Below, one piece after another: positions 1 to 9,652 of a stretch of 64,000 nt of DNA. Source of the DNA: Candidatus Latescibacterota bacterium (GTDB lineage Bacteria; Krumholzibacteriota; Krumholzibacteriia; WVZY01); contig CAWBQK010000017.1 in the NCBI GenBank assembly GCA_963791045.1, positions 256,001 to 320,000 on the forward strand, given 5' to 3'. Numbering within the stretch: the first letter of the stretch is position 1; each line of letters opens with the position of its first letter. The translations under genes and the position numbers were made by a program. Under the pieces are notes generated by a model that was not told the origin of the DNA, did not search any database, and saw only the letters and a program-made list of their open reading frames with translations.

Positions 1-2584
1 CGATGTTTTTGATTTTGAGTTCAAAGGCCGCCTTCCTCTCGTCTTCTTCAGTTCGCATTACGACTTCCAGCAGACCCATATAGTTCCTTCGCTGATTTCT
101 GAATACACGGCGGGGTTCACCGATCTTGCCAAGGGGCGAATCGCGATACCTTTTGCAGGGACGTTGTGGGAATTCCGGCACGTGATACGTCATGAGATGG
201 TTCATGCGTTCATGCTCAAGAAATTGACCGCGGTAATGTCCGAGCACGGCAAGGTCGGGAATATGTACCCGCCTCTGTGGTTCGTGGAGGGTTTGGCGGA
301 ATACATTGCGAATCCGCAAGGCGACACGCGGAGTCACATGTTTCTCAGGGACGCGATGATCCACAACCGGCTTCCCGATTTGTTGAACATATGGCGGATC
401 GAGGGAAGTTTCCTGATGTACAAACAGGGCGAAGCGATCGTCAGGTACATAGCGGACAATTTCGGCGATGAAGCGGTCGTGCAGATTCTCGAGAACTGGT
501 GGCACATAGATAATTTCTCGTTGATTCTCAAGCAGACAATAAATATGGACCTTCTCGAGTTAAATGACGCCTTCTTCAAGTCGATGAAGCGGCGGTACTA
601 CCCCTCGATTCTCTACAGCCAGTTTGTCCCCGACCTCGGAGATCAGATAACGGAGCGACATACCTTCCACTCGCGCCCGACGGCCGGCCGGACGCCGGAC
701 GGGGATATCGCCGTTTATGCCACGGGCGCCTACGACGGTGTGATCGCCGTGGTGAAGTTCGACCGTGACAAAAATGGAAAACTGCGGAGAAAGATCCTTA
801 TCGAAGGAAGCCGTTCGACGGAGTTCGAATCGATACCCGCCTTCAGGAGCAAGCTGGAGGCGCGGGGCGACACGTTAATGTTCATATCGAAGCGGCAAGA
901 AAAGGACGCCATCTATTTTTGGAATACGGAGCGAAAGCGGATCTTTGGGATGTTTACGTTCGACGGCTTGAGCGTGATTTCTTCGCCCACGCTGTCCCCG
1001 GAGGGGGAGCGGATCGTATTCAGCGCGATAGACGAGACCGGTCAGATGGACCTTTTTCTCTACGATATCCCGGAAGACACGCTGGAGCGCCTGACCGACG
1101 ACACGTTTGCCGAGCAGGATCCCGATTTTCATCCGACGTCGAACCGCGTGATATTCAGCTCGGATAGATGCCGGAGTTCGAGCGGCGCCAACCAGGGTAT
1201 CTACATGGTCGATGTTTTCACCGGACGCATCACGCCGCTTACCTGCGGAGCGGGGAAGGACGCGTATCCCGACTGGGCGCCCGACGGTGGTTCGTTTCTG
1301 TTCTCATCCGATCGCGACGGCGTTTACAACATCTACGAGTACCACATGGACAGCCAGACCATCACAAAGCAAACCGGCGTGTTGGGGGGCGTGACGATGC
1401 CGTCCTTCCTCCCCGATCAATCGGGCTTTGTGGCGAGCGCGTATTACGAAGGCGAATATCACATCTATGATTTCCCGTTGAAATCGGGAAAGGGTCTGAG
1501 CGAGCGGGTTGTGGCCTATGACGAAGATGCCACGGGGCCGAACTGGAGACGCCGCCCGGCGGAAGATTTCACTTACACAACGGAAAACTATAAACAAAAA
1601 CTTGGAATCGATTTTGCGGGGGCGGGTGTCGCAATCGACCCCAACTTCGGGACGATCGGTAACGGCGGTCAGATAGTTCTGACGGACATCCTCGGCAACC
1701 ACCAGTATTACTTCTTTTTCGGCAACTCGTCCGACGGAATGGAGGACTTTTTCAAGCGGCTGAACTTTGGCGGGCAGTATGTCAACCTCACACACAGACT
1801 GCACTACGCGCTGGGTGCATTTCATCTGAACAGTTACGTGCGCGACAACCTGCTTGGGTATCGCGCGGAAAAGCGAGTTGGCGCGTCGATCGGGTTGAGT
1901 TATCCCTTGAGCCTGTTCACGAGGATCGATGCCTCGGTAGTGGGCCGGTATATCGAGAGGGAAACGGCATATTCGCAGATCGGGCTTCAGAAAAGCTGGG
2001 TCGCGACGACATTTATTTCGCATGTCGTCGACAAGACGTTGTGGACGATCGGCGGGCCGCTCAAGGGATGGCGATATTACGTCACGGTGGGACACACGGC
2101 CGACTTCCAGAACCGCGGGTTTGAAAACACCGTTCTCCATTTCGAGGTGCGAAAGTACTTCAAAGTCACCGACCGGATTGTCCTCGCACACCGGTTTCTG
2201 ACGAGAAACACTTATGGGAGCGACTTCGAATTGTTCTATCTTGGGGGCCCGTGGGACCTGAGGGGGTATAATTTCCGCGAGTTTATGGGAAGGTCGACCT
2301 ACCTCATTAACAATGAGTTCCGGTTTCCCCTGATCGACCGTTTTGCCCTTGGACTTCCGTTTGGGACCATCGAAACGCCCCGTTTCCGCGGATCCTTCTT
2401 CTTCGATATGGGTATGACCAGCCGCTGGATCATCAATACCGACTGGCTGGGTTCGTTTGGGGCCGGGGTGGAATTGAACCTCGGATACGCCCCGGTCATA
2501 CGTGTGAACTTTACACGGGCGACGGATTTCAGTACCATATCCGACATTACGAAGTACGAACTTTTTATCGGCTACAACTACTGA
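1..2584 (+). CDS. Omp85/BamA-TamA family outer-membrane protein with N-terminal zinc-peptidase-like domain and PD40/TolB propeller repeats (5'-truncated)
   Basis: Frame is open from position 2; RHEMVH plus WFVEGLAEY gluzincin-like motifs; PD40 repeats (PTLSPEG, PDFHP, PDWAPDG); barrel motif LGGPWDLRGY; aromatic C-terminus FIGYNY. Confidence 0.8.
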   Translation, partial: DVFDFEFKGRLPLVFFSSHYDFQQTHIVPSLISEYTAGFTDLAKGRIAIPFAGTLWEFRHVIRHEMVHAFMLKKLTAVMSEHGKVGNMYPPLWFVEGLAEYIANPQGDTRSHMFLRDAMIHNRLPDLLNIWRIEGSFLMYKQGEAIVRYIADNFGDEAVVQILENWWHIDNFSLILKQTINMDLLELNDAFFKSMKRRYYPSILYSQFVPDLGDQITERHTFHSRPTAGRTPDGDIAVYATGAYDGVIAVVKFDRDKNGKLRRKILIEGSRSTEFESIPAFRSKLEARGDTLMFISKRQEKDAIYFWNTERKRIFGMFTFDGLSVISSPTLSPEGERIVFSAIDETGQMDLFLYDIPEDTLERLTDDTFAEQDPDFHPTSNRVIFSSDRCRSSSGANQGIYMVDVFTGRITPLTCGAGKDAYPDWAPDGGSFLFSSDRDGVYNIYEYHMDSQTITKQTGVLGGVTMPSFLPDQSGFVASAYYEGEYHIYDFPLKSGKGLSERVVAYDEDATGPNWRRRPAEDFTYTTENYKQKLGIDFAGAGVAIDPNFGTIGNGGQIVLTDILGNHQYYFFFGNSSDGMEDFFKRLNFGGQYVNLTHRLHYALGAFHLNSYVRDNLLGYRAEKRVGASIGLSYPLSLFTRIDASVVGRYIERETAYSQIGLQKSWVATTFISHVVDKTLWTIGGPLKGWRYYVTVGHTADFQNRGFENTVLHFEVRKYFKVTDRIVLAHRFLTRNTYGSDFELFYLGGPWDLRGYNFREFMGRSTYLINNEFRFPLIDRFALGLPFGTIETPRFRGSFFFDMGMTSRWIINTDWLGSFGAGVELNLGYAPVIRVNFTRATDFSTISDITKYELFIGYNY

Positions 2585-2621
2585 TTCCCGATACAAAACC
2601 AGACCAGGAACGGAGACAAAG

Positions 2622-4335
2622 ATGCGGTGGAGCAAACTGTACCTGCCGACGTACAAGGAAAGTCCAAGCGACGCGGAAATACCGAGTCACCAACTGATGG
2701 TACGCGCGGGTCTCATCAAGAAACTCACATCGGGTGTTTACACATTTCTGCCCGTGGGTTTCAGGCGATCTAAGAAAATCGAAAAGATCGTGCGCGAGGA
2801 AATGGATGCGATCGGATGCCAGGAGATCCTGATGCCGATTCTCCATCCGGCGGAAGTTTATGAAGAGACGGGACGATTCGACCACTTCGGCCCCGAGCTG
2901 TTCAAACTCACCGATCGCAAGCAGCGTGTTCGCCCTTGGACCCACGCACGAAGAGGTCGTGACCGATCTCGCCCGTAACGAGATCAGGAGTTACCGGCAG
3001 CTGCCGCAGATTCTCTACCAGATACTGACGAAATTTCGCGATGAGATACGCCCGCGTTTCGGAGTCATGCGTGCGCGGGAATTTATAATGAAAGACGCTT
3101 ATAGTTTTCACGACACACACGAATCGCTTGAGGAAACCTACAAGGAAATGGCGCGGCGTACGGCCGCATTCTCGACAGGTGCGGGTTGGCCAACACGATG
3201 GTTGAGGCGGACGCGGGCGCGATAGGTGGCGACGTCAACCACGAGTTTGTTGTCTTTGCGGACGCGGGCGAAAGCGAGATATTTGCGTGCGAGTGCGGGT
3301 ACACGGCGAATTCGGAGCGGGCCGAGAGCCTGGGTTCGAAAGCCGATAAAGGCGAGGAAGCGCTTCCCCAGCCCCAACTCGTCGAAACACCCGGCCAGAA
3401 AACGGTCGAGGAGGTCAGTGGTTTTCTTGGAGTCACCCCGGCCCACCTCGTCAAAACACTTCTCTTCAAATCCAGGGAGCATGTCGTTGCCGCTCTCGTC
3501 CCCGGCGACAGAACGCTCAACGAAACCAAACTGATGAAACTTCTGGACGATCCATTTATCGAGCCTCTGGACGAGGAAGAAATTAAGAACCTGACCGGCT
3601 CGGACGTGGGGTTTTCGGGTCCGGTTGGACTTCCCGTTGGAACCAGGATTATCGCCGACCCGTTGCTCGAACGCGTATGATGGGATGGTGGTCGGCGCCA
3701 ACAAAACCGACGCGCATCTTCGCGGGGTCAAGATGGGTCGTGATTTCCAGCCGACGGAGACGGCGGATATCACGCTCGTGGAAGCGGGCGACACGTGCAA
3801 AAGGTGCGGGAAGTCGCAGGTGGCCATGCGGCGCGGCGTCGAATTGGGGCACATATTCAAGCTGGACAAGAAGTACAGCAAGAGCATGAAGGCGACTTTC
3901 CTCGACAAAGAGGGAACCGAGTGCGAGTTCATCATGGGGTGCTACGGGTTCGGTGTGTCGCGGGCCGTCGCGGCGGCGGTCGAAGCCCATCATGACGAAC
4001 GCGGAATTGTGTGGCCGAAGGCGATTGCGCCCCTGCACGCGATTATTCTCCCGATCGCCGTGGGCGACGAGGGATTGATGGCGACGGCCAACTCCGTGTA
4101 CGACGAGCTGCGCGCGGCTGGCTGGGACGTTCTTATGGACGATCGCGACCTGCGTCCCGGTGTGAAATTCAAGGATGCCGACCTCGTGGGTATCCCGATA
4201 CGGATTACGCTTGGCGAGCGGAACCTCAAAGAGGGCAAGATCGAAGTGTATTATCGGCAGGAGGATCGGTCCGAACTCGTGGCGCGCGACGAAGTCACGA
4301 AAGTGCTCGAGGAATATTACGGCGACGAGAAATAG
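2622..4335 (+). CDS. proS: Proline--tRNA ligase, split by three frameshifts (~2925, ~3155, ~3672)
   Basis: Consecutive ORF pieces give [25 protein letters not shown], editing domain, [29 protein letters not shown]. Confidence 0.93.
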
Positions 4336-4342
4336 AAAAAGA

Positions 4343-4388
4343 GGCGGCCGGCGTCTTCCAACCGTTGTGTTGAAATCAGCCGGCCGCC
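4343..4388. terminator. GC hairpin between convergent proS and rpsT; probable rpsT (possibly bidirectional) terminator
   Basis: GGCGGCCGGC(4343-4352)...GCCGGCCGCC(4379-4388); adjacent AAAAA reads as a U-tract on the - strand. Confidence 0.65.
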
Positions 4389-4413
4389 ATGAGCCGAATC
4401 AATAACAGCAGAT

Positions 4414-4674
4414 CTAAGCTTTTGCGCCCGTATCCGCTCCGGCCTTTGCCGCACGCGATTTGAGACGAGCCGCCTTGTTCGGATGAACGATTCCGCGCTT
4501 CGCCGCTTTGTCCAGCACCGACTGGATCTGGCGGTTGGCCTCGTCCCGTTTCTCCTCGGGCATCGCTTTGATTGTCTTCAAAGTGGATTTCAGGGTACTC
4601 TTGGCCGCGCGGTTCCTTATCTGCTTCTTGAGATTGGTTTTGACGCGCTTTTTGGCCGATTTATGTTGTGGCAT
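4414..4674 (-). CDS. rpsT: 30S ribosomal protein S20
   Basis: KSAKKR...N..RN...KS and LDKAAKRGIVHPNKAARLKSR motifs. Confidence 0.97.
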   Translation of the reverse strand: MPQHKSAKKRVKTNLKKQIRNRAAKSTLKSTLKTIKAMPEEKRDEANRQIQSVLDKAAKRGIVHPNKAARLKSRAAKAGADTGAKA

Positions 4675-4754
4675 TTTCTAATCCTCCCAAATAGAATCGG
4701 ATAAATATAGACTGGGAAATTAACACGCGATCGACCCCGAGTCAAGGGAAAGCT

Positions 4755-5651
4755 GTGGACAATGAACTGGATACGGCGCTGGACGAATTTCTCGACTACC
4801 TGGTGAGCGAGAAAGGCCTTCTCCGAAACACCGTTGAATCCTATTCGAGAGACCTCCGGACCTATCTGGACTCCCTTGAAAAACGAGATATTTCCTCGGC
4901 AGGTAGGATCGACGTTGAAGCACTTGAGCTTCATATGGTCAGACTATCTCGCCGGGGGCTCGCGCCGGCGTCGAGGGCGCGGGCGCTCTCGGCGATTCGC
5001 CATTTCCACAAGTTCTTGATGCGGGAAGGCTCGGCGGAGACGGATGCGTCGAGCGAGATTTCCCGTCCCAAAAAGCCGAAAAGGATACCCAAGGTGCTTA
5101 CCGTGGAGCAGGTCGAGCGCCTTATCGACGCCCCGCAAGACGATGCGCCGGGCATAAGGGACAAGGCGATGCTCGAGCTGGCGTACGCGGCCGGTTTGAG
5201 AGTCTCGGAGCTTTGCAACCTGTTATTCGAGCAAATAGTGGAGGAAGAGCGGGTGCTTGTCGTCCAGGGAAAGGGTAACAAACAGAGGGTTGTCCCGTAC
5301 GGGAAGCACGCTGCGAGGGCGCTCGCCGTGTACCTGTCGACGGCGCGGCCCGAATTGGCGGGAAGCCGGGTTAGTCCGTATGTGTTCCTCAACAAACACG
5401 GAAAGCCGATCTCCCGGGTTGGGTTCTTCAAACGCTTCCGGCAGCACGCCCGAGCGGCCGGAATCCAACGCGAGGTGAGTCCGCACGTTCTTCGCCATTC
5501 GTTCGCCACCCATCTTCTTGAGGGTGGGGCGGACCTGCGTTATGTCCAGGAACTTCTGGGGCACTCCGACATATCGACGACACAGATCTATACGTCGGTG
5601 GACACCCGTCATCTGATAGAAGTCCATCGCGCGTTCCATCCGCGCGGGTAA
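4755..5651 (+). CDS. xerD: Tyrosine recombinase XerD
   Basis: GLRVSEL, GKGNKQRVVP, HVLRHSFATHLL, LGHSDISTTQIYT, terminal HPRG. Confidence 0.92.
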   Translation: MDNELDTALDEFLDYLVSEKGLLRNTVESYSRDLRTYLDSLEKRDISSAGRIDVEALELHMVRLSRRGLAPASRARALSAIRHFHKFLMREGSAETDASSEISRPKKPKRIPKVLTVEQVERLIDAPQDDAPGIRDKAMLELAYAAGLRVSELCNLLFEQIVEEERVLVVQGKGNKQRVVPYGKHAARALAVYLSTARPELAGSRVSPYVFLNKHGKPISRVGFFKRFRQHARAAGIQREVSPHVLRHSFATHLLEGGADLRYVQELLGHSDISTTQIYTSVDTRHLIEVHRAFHPRG

Positions 5652-5728
5652 GAGGCGCGGGGCCGGGGGAAGCGGATGGATAAACCCCGCCATTTGGCGA
5701 GGGGAGGGGCTTCGCGGGCCGAGACTCC

Positions 5729-5758
5729 TTGACACCCGGCAAAGAGACCGAATAGAAT
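5729..5758 (+). promoter_or_regulatory. sigma70-type promoter upstream of scpA
   Basis: TTGACA-18 nt-TAGAAT. Confidence 0.55.
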
Positions 5759-5795
5759 CGGGCGGATTTTCGCAAGAGAAAGGGACAAATCAAAC

Positions 5796-6779
5796 TTGAG
5801 CGACTCACGCGGCAACTCTTATAAAGCGGAACTCGAGGGAATCAAGGCCCCCCTCGGGGTCATCCTCTATCTTATCAAGCGGGACAACATAGATGTCTAT
5901 GACATCCCGATTGCCAAGATCACAAAAGACTATCTCGAGTATCTCGACCTGATGGAGCAACTCCAGATCGATCTTGCCGGTGAGTTTTTTGTTCTCGCCG
6001 CGTCATTGATGCGTATCAAAGTGCAGATGCTTCTCAGGCGGGATGAGGATTCCGATGATCCGCGCGAAGAGCTGGTTCGAAATCTCCTCGAATACAAAAA
6101 GATGTTGGAAGCCGCGAAGTCATTCAAGGATCTCGAGAGCGAACGTCTCAAAGTTTTTAAGCGGCCCGTGCCCGACGAAGAGAAGGAACTCAAGACCGAA
6201 CCTGTTTTCGAGCTCAGCTTGTTCGAGATCATGCGGGCGTTCCGCGAGATCATGTCCGAGTTCGAATCGCAGACGGTCAGGGAGATCATCCCCGAAGAGT
6301 TTACAATCGAAGAGAAGATTGAAATCATCCTCGAGCGCGTCTCGGAAGGACGCCAGGTAACGTTCAAGGAACTGTTTTCCGGGAGTTCGTCAAAACTTGA
6401 AATAGTCGTGACGTTCATCGCTATTCTCGAGTTGGTGAAACGCGCTTTCGTGAAGTGCAGACAAGAAGTGTCGTTCAACGAAATCTGGATTTATCAAGCG
6501 GACCCGGACGAGTCCGGCGAATCCGAAGACGGTGAGTCGAACGACGCGTCCGGTCTCGATTCTCTCGATCAGGAATATGGCACGGCGGCGCCACGTGCGG
6601 TAGCAACGCCTGTTTCAGTGCCCGCGGCGACAACCGAAGTCGAACATGCTACTCCGGCCACCCCGGACTCTCTCGATTCGGAACCGGTCGCGCCCCCGCC
6701 GACGGAAGAAGGCCATGAACCCGAGCCCGAGAGTCCCGATGACACTTCCGCGGAAGACGTCCGTCGAGATAACAGTTGA
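5796..6779 (+). CDS. scpA: Segregation/condensation protein A with acidic C-terminal tail
   Basis: LYLIKRDNIDVYDIPIAKIT..YL, IVVTFIAILELVK motifs. Confidence 0.92.
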   Translation: MSDSRGNSYKAELEGIKAPLGVILYLIKRDNIDVYDIPIAKITKDYLEYLDLMEQLQIDLAGEFFVLAASLMRIKVQMLLRRDEDSDDPREELVRNLLEYKKMLEAAKSFKDLESERLKVFKRPVPDEEKELKTEPVFELSLFEIMRAFREIMSEFESQTVREIIPEEFTIEEKIEIILERVSEGRQVTFKELFSGSSSKLEIVVTFIAILELVKRAFVKCRQEVSFNEIWIYQADPDESGESEDGESNDASGLDSLDQEYGTAAPRAVATPVSVPAATTEVEHATPATPDSLDSEPVAPPPTEEGHEPEPESPDDTSAEDVRRDNS

Positions 6780-6823
6780 TTAGCAATACATTCACGCACA
6801 GTCCCGGAGGGCACTAGATCCGA

Positions 6824-7756
6824 ATGGATATCAAACACCTCGATGATATCGTATTAGCCGTTTTATTTGCCTCGGACGAGGCGCTCAATTCAACCCGAAT
6901 CTGTTCGGTCCTCGATGACGTATCGCCGCAAGAGGTACGCGAATCACTAAAAAGACTCGAGTCGAGTTTCGGAGCGGAAGATTCCGTGATTCGTCTCGAG
7001 AAAGTGGCGGGCGGACATCAGTTGTCGACGAGCCCGCGCTTTTCGGAATACGTGGCCAGACTTTACAGGGGCCGGCGGAAGCAGCGTTTGTCAAAGGCGG
7101 CGATGGAAACTCTGGCTATCATTGCCTACAAACAACCGGTGACGCGATCCGATATCGAAGTCATTCGTGGTGTGGGATGCGGCGGGGTTGTGACAACGCT
7201 AATGGAAAGAACACTGATCCGTATCGTAGGGAAGGCAAAGGTTCTCGGTTCGCCTTTCCTGTATGGAACCACGCAGGAGTTCCTCGAGTATTTAGGTTTG
7301 AATAGTCTCAAGGATCTCCCGAGTCTGGAAGATCTCGAAGCCCTGCTCACAGAGGGTGCGGAAGCGGAGGCGACAGAAGAAAGTGGCGATCTGCTTGCCG
7401 GCGGAGAGATGCAAGAGACAGAGCTGGAAGATCAGGATCTCGACGATGAGGTCGCCGCAGATGACAAGCCGGTGGATGTTGAAATCGACGACGACCAGGT
7501 GTCCGGAGTGGACGAGGGGGAAGTTGTTCCCGACGAGGGCGAACAAGAGGATCAGGAACCCGAAGGCTCCGATGGCGCGGAAGATCAAGAAGACCAAGAA
7601 GAGCTGGAAGAACCGGATGAGCCGGACGCCATCGAGCCCGATGTTGCCCCAATAGACGGCGAGGAGCCCGAATTTGAGTCCGAACATACCGAAGAAGCGG
7701 AACCCGAGGAAACCTTCGACCCCGTCGACGAAAAGCGAGAAACCGCGCGAGAGTGA
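6824..7756 (+). CDS. scpB: Segregation/condensation protein B with long acidic tail
   Basis: LSKAAMETLAIIAYKQPVTR, LYGTTQEFL..LGL.SLKDLP. Confidence 0.95.
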   Translation: MDIKHLDDIVLAVLFASDEALNSTRICSVLDDVSPQEVRESLKRLESSFGAEDSVIRLEKVAGGHQLSTSPRFSEYVARLYRGRRKQRLSKAAMETLAIIAYKQPVTRSDIEVIRGVGCGGVVTTLMERTLIRIVGKAKVLGSPFLYGTTQEFLEYLGLNSLKDLPSLEDLEALLTEGAEAEATEESGDLLAGGEMQETELEDQDLDDEVAADDKPVDVEIDDDQVSGVDEGEVVPDEGEQEDQEPEGSDGAEDQEDQEELEEPDEPDAIEPDVAPIDGEEPEFESEHTEEAEPEETFDPVDEKRETARE

Positions 7757-8483
7757 GGAAATACGTCTCAACCGCTTTCTTGCGATGCTCGGCGTGGGAG
7801 CGAGACGCACGTGTGATGACATCGTGAAATCGGGCCGCGTCAAAGTGGACGATCGCGTCGTCCGCGAGCCCGGAATGCGAGTTGTCCCGGGTGTTCACAG
7901 GGTCAGCCTCGATAACACCGTTCTCGAGAAACTCCCGTATCCGGTCGTGCTCGTGCTACACAAACCCATCGGTTATGTGACGACCGTATCGGATCCTTCC
8001 AATCGTCCCACGGTCCTCGATCTGTGCAAAAAATACGCCCGTAAAAAGCGGCTTTTCCCGGTGGGGCGGCTCGACATCAATACCTCGGGCGTGATCCTGC
8101 TGACGAACGACGGAATGTTGTGTTATCGTTTGACTCACCCACAGTTTGAAATTCCAAGAGTGTATACCGCGAAGGTGCGGGGGGTCGTCGACGAGCGTAG
8201 ACTTCGACGTCTGAACAACCAGGCCGCCGGCGATCGCAGGAAAGCGGACGAGGGACGGGCCGTCGAGTATATCAGCACAAGCGGCAAAGTTTCGACGCTC
8301 AAGATTACATTGAAGGAAGGACGAAACCGGCAGGTGAGGAAGATGTGCGAAAACGTTGGACTGCGCGTGGTCCAACTCAAAAGGGTGCAATTCGGTCCCG
8401 TCTCGGTGAGAAAACTGCCACTGGGAAGCGTGCGGCCGCTGGAGAAAAGAGAGATTGAGAAACTGATTCGACTTATGTCGTGA
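7674..8483 (+). CDS. rluB: rRNA pseudouridine synthase (RluB/RsuA family)
   Basis: S4 domain RLNRFLA, GRLDINTSG, EGRNRQVRKM; TTG start with GAGGAG 7 nt upstream. Confidence 0.88.
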   Translation: MSPNIPKKRNPRKPSTPSTKSEKPRESEEIRLNRFLAMLGVGARRTCDDIVKSGRVKVDDRVVREPGMRVVPGVHRVSLDNTVLEKLPYPVVLVLHKPIGYVTTVSDPSNRPTVLDLCKKYARKKRLFPVGRLDINTSGVILLTNDGMLCYRLTHPQFEIPRVYTAKVRGVVDERRLRRLNNQAAGDRRKADEGRAVEYISTSGKVSTLKITLKEGRNRQVRKMCENVGLRVVQLKRVQFGPVSVRKLPLGSVRPLEKREIEKLIRLMS

Positions 8484-8497
8484 CAGGAGGGATGGGA

Positions 8498-9604
8498 ATG
8501 GATCTGGACAAGCTTGCGAAGCCATTTTTGAAAGACCTTCGGCCGTACAGTCCGGGGAAACCGATCGAACAGGTTATGCGCGAGAGAGGAATAACGGTAC
8601 CGCCGATCAAACTTGCCTCGAACGAGAACCCTTACCCGCCCTACCAAAAGATACGCGATGCGATGGTTGCGGCAATCGATGACGTCAATCGTTATCCGGA
8701 GTCGGGATCGCCGGTGCTTACAGACGGCATCGCGGCGCTGTGGGGGGTCGATCGTGAGGAGATTTGTATCGGTAACGGCACAAATGAAATCATCGATCTA
8801 CTGATACGCGCGTTCGTCGATACCGGCGAGAATACCGTCTTCTCGTCTTTGAGCTTCGCGATCTATAAGCTGATAAGCATGCAATGCGGCGTCGGGGGAA
8901 TCGAGGTTCCGTGCTTGGACTACAAACACGATCTTCCCGCTATTGCCGCCGCGGTGACCCCCGCGACAAAGATTGTGTTTGTATGCAACCCGAACAATCC
9001 GACGGGCACCTACAACACGACACCGGAGATCGAGACATTCCTCGGCCAGGTCCCCGAAGACGTCCTGGTGGTCGTCGACCAGGCCTACCTCGAATATGTG
9101 ATGTGCGAAGACTACCCCGATATTGTCGCGCTGAGGAAGAAGCACCCGAATATCGTGTCGCTCAGAACATTCTCGAAGGTGTACTCGCTCGCCGGACTTC
9201 GAATTGGCTATGCGATCGCCGACAAAAAAGTCATCGGAATTCTTAACAAGATGAGGCAACCGTTCAATGTCAACCGCATGGCGCAGGCGGCGGCGTTGGC
9301 CGCACTTGATTGCCGTGACGAGTTGGCGGATTACACGATCGAGAACGCGAGGGAACGCGAAAAGGTGCGAAACGCAATCCTCGGACTTGGCTGCGAGTGC
9401 CCGCCGACGCAGACGAACTTTTTGTTTGTCATCGTCAAGGGGCTCAGCGGGAATGCGTCGAGCAGACTCGAAGACCTTGGAATCATCGTGCGTCCGATGG
9501 GCCAGTTCGGTGGTTCTGACAACTCCTTCAGGGTCAACATGGGAACACCAAAAGAGAATGACCGGTTTATCGAAGGCTTCCGCAAGATCATGAGTGAAGG
9601 GTAG
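8498..9604 (+). CDS. hisC: Histidinol-phosphate aminotransferase
   Basis: KLASNENP, CNPNNPTG, DQAY, RTFSKVYSLAGLRIGY. Confidence 0.92.
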   Translation: MDLDKLAKPFLKDLRPYSPGKPIEQVMRERGITVPPIKLASNENPYPPYQKIRDAMVAAIDDVNRYPESGSPVLTDGIAALWGVDREEICIGNGTNEIIDLLIRAFVDTGENTVFSSLSFAIYKLISMQCGVGGIEVPCLDYKHDLPAIAAAVTPATKIVFVCNPNNPTGTYNTTPEIETFLGQVPEDVLVVVDQAYLEYVMCEDYPDIVALRKKHPNIVSLRTFSKVYSLAGLRIGYAIADKKVIGILNKMRQPFNVNRMAQAAALAALDCRDELADYTIENAREREKVRNAILGLGCECPPTQTNFLFVIVKGLSGNASSRLEDLGIIVRPMGQFGGSDNSFRVNMGTPKENDRFIEGFRKIMSEG

Positions 9605-9652
9605 AGGTGCGGGGATGATTTCTCCTTATTTTTGGAAACGGAAACGCACGGC

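Noticed and set aside
1304-2656. 450-aa antisense ORF
   Set aside because: Shadow of the Omp85 gene, typical of GC-rich codon usage; no motifs
4755-5651. Phage or ICE integrase
   Set aside because: Size, motifs and scpAB context fit chromosomal XerD
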